DNA from: Raillietiella orientalis
Lineage: Eukaryota
Assembly (NCBI GenBank): GCA_036172245.1
Contig: JAYWIR010000071.1
Coordinates: 62,001 to 126,000 of the forward strand
Length of the DNA: 64,000 nt
Direction: 5' to 3'
Position 1 is the first letter of the stretch, and each line of letters begins with the position of its first letter. The notes under the pieces were generated by a model. That model had not been told where the DNA came from, did not search any database, and saw only the letters and a list, made by a program, of their open reading frames with translations. The translations under genes were made by a program, and so were the position numbers. Below are positions 52,626 to 64,000 of the stretch, piece after piece.

Positions 52626-53064
52626 TAAGTGTACGTAAATACACACACATACTTGCATTAATGTACAAGAATTCCATATGAATATATATTAATGTATGTG
52701 GATATGTATCTAGAATAGCTATGTGCATATTTCCATAAATATGTACATGTATTTGCATTTCTGTATATATATAGATATACATTCATGCACATATTGATAT
52801 GTTGGTGTGTGCATATTCATGTTTGTGTGCATATCTAGATTCATACGCACATATTTAAGTATAATTTATATTCATATACATATCTGTATTCACGTATATA
52901 TATATTCATGTACGCCTTTATATTCAAAGATGTATATGTTTATACGTTCATACATACATATATATATATATATATCCCGATCAATGTAGAACAAGCGCAA
53001 GTGTTTGTTTCGAGAACCCTTCCTCTCCCGGTAGCAAGCCGGAAGTTGCTCGTCCCTCCTTTTT
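52076..53064. repeat. 88-bp inverted repeats (52076-52163 / 52977-53064) flanking an ~810-bp AT-rich, (TA)n-containing spacer
   Basis: GAGCAACTTCCGGCTTGGTACCGGGAGAGGAAGGGTTCTGGAAACAAACACTTGCGCTTGTTCTACATTGATCGG and its reverse complement, about 4 mismatches. Confidence 0.9.
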
Positions 53065-54029
53065 TTGATCAGCACCTCTCGTAGGGCCTACTGGGATTCC
53101 CGGTGTTCCCTAAACCTCCGGAGCCTTCTCTAACTTCCCGGGGAGACCCTTGCTACTCCTTCCTTTCTGAAATGCCCCATGGAGACGGTCCTGAGGCGGA
53201 TCCCGCTTCCTCAGTGATCTGCCGCTTCTTTCTTGGAAGATCCCCCCCCTCTTCCCCCTCTTAGTCCGACTAGATCTCTCGGTATGCTGAAAACTTGCCG
53301 GAACGGTACTCTTCGGTCACAGAAGTCGCCGGGACTCTTCCAAGGTAAACTGGGATCCCTGAGATCGAGGATCTTCCCTCTCCGTTCCCCGAGGAGGGCT
53401 GCTTTTCCTGGGCGAGAGATTCCCTTCAGCTCAAGAGAGGACATGTGAGAGTCATGAAAGGGAAATGGCCGAGCTAAGGACAATCTGCATGTTCGGGAAG
53501 CGCAGGGGACAAATGGGACATAGGGAAGAAGAAGGGTCGATGCAGGTGAAGCCTGAGAACAGCGGGCACCCTGTTGCGATCAGAGGCGGGGGTGCACATC
53601 CCGACTGGAATAAGGAGTTCCAACGCGCAGAGATCGCGCGAGGAGCCGCGGCCCCAAGAAGGGGACTCCCTGCGAGGAAACTTGGAATCTTCTCCTTGCC
53701 CGATTCTGAGAAGCTCGACGCGAGACTCTTCCTTTTCTCCCCCACGTGCCTCCCTAGGCCAGCCTAGTGGCCACATGCCTATCATTGTGCCAAGGGCGCA
53801 CCTGCATCGCTCACCGCGCCGTGCATTCCGCTTTGAAAGCAGAATGAAAGCAGAGCCACAGGTAGAAAGCAGACCGATTGTGGCTCACCAGGTCGATACC
53901 TTGGTCCATCTTTGAGAAGGATTAGTTTTCTTTCTCCCATTGCGCTTTCCTTAATTTCCACAATGCAGATTACTGTTGCAAAATTTCAGTGTTCCCTGAA
54001 ACTGTCCATGGGATGGCTTCTGGTTTTTC

Positions 54030-54872
54030 GAAACCTGTGCTGATCTTCAGTAATCACTGGAGTCTTTCGAAGGAGCTTCTCCACACCTGTTTATAGCAAT
54101 ATTCTTTTCAATACCCCTTCCATTGATTTCATCTTTGCTGTTGTCCATTTTCCATTTCTGTTCTTCCACCTTCTTGTTAAGACTGCTGTAATGAAGAATG
54201 CTGGATACATTCTCACTACTGGATTATACTTTGAAGTGATTATAATTGTCTTCCTCACGTGTCCCAGAATATCTTGGCTCTCATCTGTTAGATTGTTGAT
54301 ACTTATCACGTGTTTCCAGGCGCCCTCCAGAGTGCTACACTGACAAGAGTGCATTTGAGTCATCCCCTCCGCAAGCAGGACCATTGCGGGTACGCTCTGT
54401 TTCGAGATCAGTGCTCAAGTGTTTCTCCATGTGCTAGGGCTGAGTGGCAAAAGAGAAATAAGTTCTCGAATACATAATGAAATAAACTCTGGAGGCAGTT
54501 GGGTCTTCCAAAGAGTGGTTCCGCAGATAAAGCCTGTATTTGATCTCTCGGTCTTTTAAAGGCTTCGAGGTTGTTAGTTTGCCAATCGATTAATTTCACA
54601 ATGTTCCACCCCCCCCCCTTCGCCACCTTCAATAGTTCCCTTCGTGTTTCCATAGTCCCCTTTTCCTGCACGTGGACACCTCATTGTAAGAGCTGATCTG
54701 AATTGTAATGATCTGCTGTATGGACCCTGATAAGGCCAACTTTTCGGCGCTTTCTAGTTTCATAGACCTTCCTGGCATCCATCTCCTTCCTAGAGTATAT
54801 TATCCAATCTTCTAGTTTCTTTACCTTAGGACAATTCATATTTGACTGACCACCATTGTAAGTTGGTCTCAA
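54030..54872 (-). mobile_element. Decayed 3' ORF2 fragment of a fourth, divergent Tx1-like element
   Basis: Broken frames give GTTLWKTQLPPE, ENLFLFCH, (C)PACGGDD and YNPVVRMYPAFFITAVLTRRWK. These match array ORF2 GTTLWRSDLPPD, DNLLMFYH, CTACGDND and YNPMVRTTIALFITAILVRWWK in the same order. Confidence 0.78.
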
Positions 54873-56063
54873 TGTTGTTCGCTTCTAAAGATCCTTGTGC
54901 AATTAGACGCCGAGTCTATCGGTATTAAGTTTGATTTTTTTTTTTCTTGCCGGCTAAAAACGCGTTTTTTTTCCCTCTTAAACACTGGTTTCTCACTCAG
55001 CTATGCCGAAGTACCAAATTTCATGTCAACCCACTCAACGTTTACTCCATCGGTTAACTTTATTTATTTATTTTCCTCGTAAAACGTCGTTCTCTCTCTC
55101 ACGTTTTTATGTTTTATTTTTTGCCGTTTGTTTTTTAAAAAAAAGCTGAAACGGATTCCAAACTATGAGATCACCAGGAAAAAAAGCTGTTAACGACGCC
55201 GCTTGATCAGCAGGAAAACATTCATCATTTACCTGACTGATGCTGTCGCTCGTGACCCCCCCCCCCCATGAAAAGCACGCTGAACTGATGGCAGTGAAAC
55301 GCTTCTCCCCGTGGGTGGCACGTGCAAACAAATTCACGAGTGCAGAAACCGTAGCAGAAACGTCTATTAAGCCTCTTCCAGGGATGTTCAATTCAGAATT
55401 AAACTGTTAAGGTAGTCTTTACCACGTAGTCATTTTACCAAACATTTAAGTCCTGCAGTTAGTAAAACAAGTTTCACACATATAGATGAAACTCCACAAT
55501 TACCATCTGCATTGCACTTTGGAAATCTTTCCCGTGTTATAAATGCGTACAGAAAGAACTCAAACGTGTGAACGCGTCACACGTGTACCATTATTACGTA
55601 CGTTGCTGTCAATGCCTACATAAAGTTTTCTGAGGATGTATCTACTGGATCTCATCTCCAGAAAATATTTGGAGCATAAAACGCGTATAGGGATTCAACT
55701 ATATGCATAAATATGTGAAAATCTTGGTGTTTCAACCACTATAACCATCCATGCTGGTGAGATGCCTGTTAAATCTGTTTACCCCAAACCCATACACACT
55801 TTTAGTTGCAAAGATCTGTTAGAGCTGGTAAATTTCCACTAATTGGTTTCTGAAGTTAAAAAATTTTCGTGGACCAAAAAAGCCAATTAAACTATTATCT
55901 GAAACACTCCAAAAATTCTACACAATAAACCATGTTAAGGTACAGCATTGCTCAAATTTGCGCCTCAGAAAATGATGATCATTTTCACTGTATCATATGC
56001 CATTAAAAGTGAACTCTCTTGGTTAACTTGTTGATGGAAATCTCAAACTTCCATGATGAATGC

Positions 56064-57970
56064 TTACAAGTAGTCTGTACCAACTCCAAATTGTAAGCCT
56101 GGAGAAATCAGATCTGAATGCTGTGTTTGTAGTGGGAAACAGTAATTGAGCTCCACTCTTGCTAACTGGCCTATGCGTATGACAATTCCCATTCCAAGGG
56201 ACAGTCGCATTTTATCCCACAGCTGAACAGCTAACTGAAGTGGGGACTGGCCTATAACACAAGAATTAACCAACAATAATCTGTGAAAACATACCAGGCG
56301 AGATTGGGATCAAGTTGCCACAATTGGAGAATACATGAAATTTTACACAGTTGGACAGCAAACCTGAAGATTCAGGTAAAAATGGAAGGGGAAAATATGC
56401 ATGAAGGCCTGCAGCCCAATATCCCTAAATGAAACATGTTGACTTAGTCACCTTGACACTGTTTCTTACATCAGCTCCTATTCTGGCTCCATCACTCTCT
56501 GGGGCTAAACCCCATAGAGAAAAACCTCTTACATTTAAGGGTCCACCCAAAAAAAACTTATCTATTACAGATGTACTTCCGCCACTATTCAGTCCATGGA
56601 GAAAACCTCCTCTGAGGCATCCCTGAACTACCTACCAAACTTGGAATAAGGAAATGTTTTGCTGGAAACTCACCAAAAAAGAGGCTGCATTGTAATTGGT
56701 TTGCAAATTGGCCTCGGTTTTCAAAAATTTCACATTTCCACCAAGTCCAGCATATTCTGTAGTGAAACTGGCATAGTTGCCATCTTCTGGAAGAATAGAA
56801 CAATCACGGTTGTCAAAGGAGACAACATGGCGAAGGCTGGATTTGAGCGAGTGGCCACATTGCTCCCGGATAAAAAATGGGGTACTATGGTGAAGGCAGC
56901 GTACATCTCTCCAGACTGCTTGATACTGCACACTGTGATTCAACTGGGAAAGAAACAGATGAACTTCCTCCACCTTCACAAACTCACAGGACTGCCATCA
57001 TTGTACAGCAGTTCTAGCAAACCACCTCTATTGATCTGCTTGTATTCTGACCAAGGATACTCTCGACCTTCCTGGAAAGCACCCACTGAAAAACTACTAT
57101 TCGTCGTTACCTACAGTTATACACAACTACTCACTTGCCAAATAATCCCCGGTTGACTAGTGGCTTCTGCAGCAGGACTTGCCAGCCAACATTTCTCTTT
57201 GTACCATGATTGTATTGCAATTGTAACTTTTCCCCCCTTCCCCAGAGATTAGGTGACTGGCCCATGAGGACAGCTGATGCTTCATTGGTGCCCATACTGG
57301 TATGGATGCCAGCACGAATGCGCTTTAGCTCATCCACATGAAATGTAACCTAAATGTAGAGCAGCACTTCAGTTACAAAACATTCTTGGTTTTGTTTCAG
57401 TCAATAACAATCACTATTTGCGATTCAACGGATTTTTTCCTCCTCAAATGTGTTCAACTGACCTCTAATCCATTAGTTGCAACATCAGTTGGAGCATCAA
57501 TCACTGCTGCACCATGTTTGAAACATCCAATGCGCATCAAGTTGCCATGAACCTCATGCACTTTAAGAAGGACCTAAAATGTCATGCAAGCCATCTGGTC
57601 TCTGCTATTCTAGTTGGCATATATGCTCATAATAAACTCTGTGGTCTAACACTGATAAACAAATAGGTATCTTACTTCCTCAAGGTTCTTTGCTTTCATA
57701 AGTGGCTGAACACAGTCAATCACAATATCATCCTTAGTTCTTGAAAGGCCATCTACGTAAACCCGACCTACTTTAGTCTTCAATAATTGCACATTTAATA
57801 CAAACAAAATGACTGCAATTACCTTGATAGCATCCAACCTAAGAGCGTGCCGCTCATTCTCACTAATCGGTTGTGTTGCATCTTCACTAATGTTCTAAGC
57901 AGAAAAACCCAACGACTTGTCGGCAAACACACAAAAAATGGTATCTTACCTTAGCATACACTGTTCCCAT
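56064..57970 (-). CDS. SAMM50: Sorting and assembly machinery component 50 (multi-exon)
   Basis: Exon 1 MGTVYAK (57950-57970, GTAAG donor); POTRA region VYVDGLSRTKDDIV; NLWGRGEKL; RVELNYCFPL; C-terminal beta-signal QFGVGTDYL. Introns of ~45-75 nt; internal exon edges not all mapped. Confidence 0.92.
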
Positions 57971-58843
57971 AAGTAAACTTCATTCAAGGCTTACTCTCGT
58001 TGCTAGTCAAACAATGAATGAGCACTTACCATACAAAATGCCCTCAACGTTGTTTTAGTACGTGAAAACAACCTAAGCAAAATTTAAAGCATGATGCCAA
58101 ATTAACAACAAAATAAAAACGCTGACGCAAATCATGCCGAAAAATACGTAATCAGCTCTATCACTCTACGCAATGCCCCCCTTTCTACTGCAAAACGCGC
58201 CGATACCGGGGAAAATGCACGCATACATCCAGTGCCGTATCCGCTGGCCCTTTTCAAGAGCTCCGCAGCCTTGCCGCCACTTACACGACACATTCATATG
58301 TGTGTCGTGTAAGTGGATTTACGATGCTTCCGTGTACCGGGATTCTGTCCTTGATTTTCCTTGATTACTCAGATTGGAACAGAAACTCTAAAACAACCTT
58401 AAAGGAAAGTTCTCATTCTCTTGAGAAAAAGAAAGGACACACATGTGAGATAGGAGCAAGCGAAGTCTTGAAAGCTCAAGAAACAATAAAGTCACTTCTA
58501 TAAAACTGTGGTAGAGTATAAACATGAGTTGAAACACTAATAATACTCTCGGATTGAATCATCTTAAGTTCCCAGAAAGAAACCGAATAAACACGGCATT
58601 TGAAAAAAGTAATTCTTTCAATCTGATCAGTTTGAAAAGAATGCATACAAGAGATACGTTCGTAGAGAAGGCATTTAAATGAAGATTGGAAAAATGCCAA
58701 CATAACTGATACATCTTCCACGTTATATAGCATTCAGTATGTCTTCAGACATCAAAATACAATATTAAGATACAATTTCTGTTATATGAAATTGATTTTC
58801 TTGTCAAAAGATGGTGCAATCAACAAGATAATATTCCTACAGA

Positions 58844-58877
58844 CTATTGCTTAATATACTATAATATTAAGCAATAG
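58844..58877. repeat. Perfect palindrome, 14-bp arms, 6-nt loop
   Basis: CTATTGCTTAATAT-ACTATA-ATATTAAGCAATAG. Confidence 0.9.
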
Positions 58878-61800
58878 CATACTTCCTTAATATATTATTT
58901 TTTGCCTATTAAGGATAAATTTTGAACATTTCAGCGCCTATAATATAACGATTTACGATGATTCCGTAACACTGATCATGATTCCCCGGTGAATTTCTGG
59001 AAATAATTTTTAGACAAACTTCTGATACTTGTAATTCATCGTCACTTCTATGTGGGAATATTTTAGAGACCAGACAACATTGCTCTGGCTTGGGCTTCTA
59101 TGTCCGTAATGTTTGAACCGTGAAGTCAATTATATTACATAAAAAACAATTGACGTTCATTACTTTAGTACAAGGCAAATACACAGTCATGTAAATATGA
59201 ATAAAACTGATATTCAGTATGTCTTCACATGATTCAATGATTTTAGGTATTGAAAATAAAATCGCATTAACTGAAATAAATATAAAACTCCCAACAGATA
59301 AAACCAAAACAGAAGTTATTAGTTTCCCAATCAGGAGGACTTTCCATCAACAGAAGAGCATCACCTATGTTGAAACCTTATATGAAAGTCAGTCACAGAA
59401 AAACTTGCACTGTTCACATTTTTAATTAAGATTTTCGATGAACATGAACTTTTCAAACACCAGAATCACTAAATGTCCACAAGTGATAGAATAATTCATG
59501 AATGTTTATTATTACATGAATCGTGCAACAGTTGTTGAAGGTTTTTTCTCCCCTTTTCGGTAGTATTTTGTAAATTTAGCCGTTTTACAACTTTAGTTTA
59601 TTTTGAAAATTTTATTTATATGCTATAATTCATCAGATATTTTTTCCCCGAAATAATATAGTCTCCAAAAAATATATTTCTTGTAAAGAAATACTTGGGA
59701 ATGGGATTGTGGAGTAGTTTGAGCTTTGGCGAATTTTTCTTCAAAATTGCTAACGTATTAACGGAGCACTGTAAAAGATATTTCTAGGAAACAGTTGGAG
59801 TAATTGGAGCAGTAGATCGATTAAGGCAGTGGTGATACTACGCACATGAAGAACCGTGATTACACAGTTGTTTCCAATATTTTGAGAGTTCTTACGACTG
59901 ATGCTGAGAAACATGAAATCCAGCAGTGGAAGAGATTCAAAGCTGAGAGTATGTGCAACCCTGCTCATGATGCGATATGCACATTTCCTTGTCTTGAACA
60001 TCCCCATCAGCCTTTCATTGAAGGAATTTGATTGCTTCAATGAAAGAAATAAGCACAAACCTCATCAGAACTAGCGGATGGCACCTGTGAATCGACAGAG
60101 TGCTCATGTGCAGATTCGGATATTATATTCAATATTTCTTTTTTTTCTGGGAAGAAAAAGTCGCAACTGCTACTAGTTTGGATTTGTGTGCAAGAAATTG
60201 TATCAGCATTTCATTCAGTAAAGCACTGCAAAGATGTGGCATTACAAGCACAATATCATGAACATAGCCATTGCTAATCGAAATCCTATCCTATTCTAAT
60301 GAATGGCATGAATCAGAGGTGCTAACTGTGAGCTACATCAGATTGGCTTATTTTCCTGAACAGACAGTTTTAAGCAAAGTGAGACTATCGATCAATGATT
60401 TTTTTTTGCAGCCAAATTTTCAGCTTTTCCATTTACTGGTTTGCCCGCTATTTCCTTTAGTGATTTAGTGCTAATATCTGATTTTGTTCTTCATGAAACA
60501 TGAACTTTTTAGGCATGATTAAAATTTTGGTGTTAAGAAGCCTTCCTCAGCGGTACATCGAACATTACGCTCGTGAACTTAATTTGCATTTCTCTGTAGC
60601 ACCCAAAAAGAGATCCAAAAGGAAAATTCGTGACGAACTCCTTAATTACTTATCTATCCACACTAAATCGTGCATCTACAGCAAACTCCATGAAGAGAGA
60701 GTCACATAAAAACTGTCTACCAAAGGATTTTTATGCAATGTTTGCGTGGGACTTCATTTGAGAGGCAGAGTTTGAAAAAGCATGAATTTCTGCTAAGAAA
60801 TTGAGTAGGTATACGATTTCAAAAAGTATCTTAAGTGTGCAGCTAATTACACATAAGGCCATCTTAGGAGAAAAAGATCCTCAAAATGAAGATTGTTTCA
60901 GAAACAATCGTATGAGTGTTTTGTAGGATAAATTGGTATGACAAAATTCTCTGTATGTGCATTCTTAAAAAAAAAAAAGGAAAGAAAGAAACGCGTGTAC
61001 AGAGAATGAAGCAAAACAAATTTGGATGTGCTCTTCAAAGAGAATAGCGTTGTTACTTCGGTGTCGAGTACCATGAAATGAAGCCAACCATGGAGTGTAG
61101 AACATCCTTTTCCTTGTTCCAAAAGCAAGAGTGCTCCGGAGAATGTAAAAAACTGGAAGGAATATTCAGACAATTCTGGAGAATCGCATACTGCACAGAT
61201 TCAAAGTTTCCTTTGTGCCTCGACACTGATCCGCAGCACACGGAAGTGGCGGTTACATGCAGTGGAATTGGTATGGATGAAGAAAATGAATAAGCTATCC
61301 ATATGTACAAATAGAAACTCTGAACGTCGATAGAGCAAACTCTGATTCAGTCGCAGATATTGACAACTTGTTTTGCAATTAGAGGACTGTTGATTAAACT
61401 CTTTAGTTGGGTTAGATTAAACCATAATCTAGGTGACAATTTTGAATATGCCTCCATTCCATCATTTGCAATTCTATTTTTTTTTTAAAAAAAAAAGAAA
61501 AAAGTTAACATAGTTGATCAAATTTCAGATGTTACCTATGGTTCGCACCGACAAAGAATGGGGTCGCTGTTTCAGGACTCTATCCTTACCTTTAGTGAAT
61601 TCCTGAAGTTACTTCAATGGAGTTGCATAAATTGAAAACGAGCTATTTGTACGAAAACCATATTGATTTTGGAACTCCTAAGCAGCGAATTGAAAAGAAC
61701 CCCGGTAGTTTTTTACGTACCAGGAAAAAAGGAGAACAGTTTGGTGATTTTGGTGATAACGTCAACACGTCTTCGTACTGTACGATAATGACAAGCAGCA

Positions 61801-62585
61801 CGCAGCTCTTCTATAATAATAGATTGAGTGCTTACGATGTTAGACTTCAATCATAAAAAACTACAAATGCTGGAGTTCTAGTTGCAGTCAAACAAAAGGA
61901 TTACACTCTTGCATTTGAAACAGAATGATGGCACTTCTAATGATCCGATGTTAGGCCTCGGAACCCACGAAACACATATGGTAAGCCAGTTTATAGTTGG
62001 TTAGCATGAAGGTGAAACTGAAAAAGACTGCGATTTTGCTACCTTTTATACTTTCGCCCTCATACTAGCCAACGTATGTTCTCCTTTAACTCATGCAAAC
62101 ATATAAAACATGAATTACACGAGTTTCAGAAGAAGTGTTTGTTGGAAGAGCATTCAAAGTTTCGAAATGGAGAGAAAAAGCGTTAAAAATCGTTCTCTGC
62201 TGATGCACTTAAATTCGGACCCTCTTAACTTACATTCATTACATCAGGATACAGCGGGAGCAACACCCTGTTTTGTCTTAGAATTCAAGTCAAAGCACCT
62301 GGCAGAATTAGGTGCTTAGGCACTTTGACTTGAATTCTTAATATTCGCAGACGATATACCCGCAGCTGGGATTTTTCGGAGTCTTGATGATCGGTTAAGT
62401 CAATTAGTTTGCTGACTGGATGTTTTCCGAAAAAGGACCTACAAACACTTGGCTGTTTGGCTAACTGATTTTTTTATATTTGTAAAGTACTTTTCATCCA
62501 ATGTTCTCCAACATTCATTCAAAACAGTTAAACTAAATGAACACGGCAACTCGTTTCAAGAAATATTTCGTATATTTCTGTATCT

Positions 62586-64000
62586 TTATTTCTTATCTTT
62601 GGGTGACCAGTGCCACCATGAATCATTTTGAGTATCATGCACATGCACACCAGCTGCAGATAGTGCACTCCGGAACTCATCACATAGAAATAGCAGCTGA
62701 GAAGCATCTGGTACTAAACGTACGTTTTTAGGTGACCAAACCGTAAGCTGCTTACTTTTATTGTTTCTTTTGGTCTCCAGTGCCATTTTTCTCACGGCAC
62801 AACGAAAATTGATTGCTGAATCAACGATGAAATTCTGATGCTGTTCCTGTGAATGCTCACAAGTACCAAGGCTGAAACCCAATGAACGGAAAAACTGTTC
62901 TACAAATATAAGCAATGTTGCTACAGCAACAGCACTACGACTACTACCAGCAGGCTGCTTTAGGAAATAATAGTTGTCAGATATATGTCTTCTGACCTGA
63001 TTGTGCGGTTGCATCAAGTGATAAACTAGATCAATCATCTTTTTAATCAACTCAACAGCTTTGGGAGTATTGAAGTCATCTGCTAAAGCTTGCTGTATCT
63101 CTAATTTGGTAGCAGCCAACTCTGCATATAAATAGGGCTCATCCTTAATGCACCCATCCTGTTGACCATGAAGGTATGCTCTCCCCCATGACAGAAAATT
63201 TAGGATACGTGAAATCACAAAAGACGCTATCTGCAAAGTATCAGCACTGAAAAAGATGTCTAAAAGACATTCTTAGGTAATCTTCATGATGCTCACTACT
63301 GCGATAAGGAAACAGTACACATAGCATGCGAAATTCATCTGCAGAAGTACCAGAAGCCAGCAGCTGACGGATTGATACACCATTACTTAGTGATTTAGAC
63401 ATCTTACAGCCATCCTGCAAGTGAAGAAGTCCTAAGCAACAGTCATCTGCAGCCAAATACTACCAACCAGTGTGCAACCAATGATGCACCCAAATATCTT
63501 GTCCATGATATGCACAGCTTTGAGCTTCTTCATTCTCATGATGAGGGAACTGAAGATCAATACCGCCACTATGAATATCAACAGTATTCCCAAATAATTC
63601 AGAAGCAATTGCTGAACATTCTACATGCCAGCCTGGTCTTCCCATCCCCTTTCCAAATGGGCATGCCCAAAAGGGTTCATGCTCTTTAACAGCTTTCCAC
63701 AAAGCAAAGTCTCGTGGTGATTTCTTCATTAGTCCCTGATCAGTATCATGACAAGTGCCCAAACCTCTGAGTTTGCCATATGAAGGCATTTTTTCTACTT
63801 CAAAATACACATCACCTAAATTCTGTAAAACAATATTCTTTGATTTCCTAACAGAATTTACCATTTTCAGATTCATAAGCAAAGCCTTTTTGAAGCAACT
63901 TTTGGATAAAATGAATAATACTGGGAATTTTTTCTGTTACACGCACAGACAATGTGGGTGGAATCACATTCAATTTATTCATGTTTTCAAAGAATTCTAC
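62586..64000 (-). CDS. CARS2: Cysteinyl-tRNA synthetase, probably mitochondrial (3' part, multi-exon, runs off the window)
   Basis: [58 protein letters not shown]. The short C-terminus favours the CARS2 type (inference). Confidence 0.85.

Noticed and set aside
58298..61293. Possible plus-strand gene or piggyBac-like Cys-rich remnants between SAMM50 and CARS2
   Set aside because: The candidate splice at 58309-58372 leads straight to a stop; the short ORFs give no recognisable domain.

Overview
Eukaryotic (metazoan) genomic DNA. The short introns suggest a compact invertebrate genome, possibly a nematode (inference). The main feature is a ~30 kb head-to-tail array (5.4-35.5 kb, minus strand) of six L1/Tx1-clade non-LTR retrotransposons (ORF1 RRM-like + 3 CCHC knuckles; ORF2 APE-RT-zinc finger) from three distinct families. 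The array hangs off one intact U4 snRNA gene (35394-35533). Each of the five internal junctions is a 5'-truncated U4 copy. The U4 position at which an element's 3' end joins is family-specific (nt 20, 24 or 30). The U4 pieces show copy-specific and partly compensatory changes and are followed by a shared 3'-box-like motif. This points to a U4 snRNA-targeting retrotransposon group that leaves or rebuilds an intact U4 at the array head and may use its promoter; I am not aware of a described U4-specific group. Also present: a decayed hAT transposon (2.5-4.0 kb), an unexplained ~18 kb GC/CpG-rich block (36-54 kb) containing an AT-rich island flanked by 88-bp inverted repeats, a decayed fourth Tx1-like ORF2 fragment (54.0-54.9 kb), the host genes SAMM50 and a cysteinyl-tRNA synthetase (CARS2-like, partial), and several perfect palindromes.
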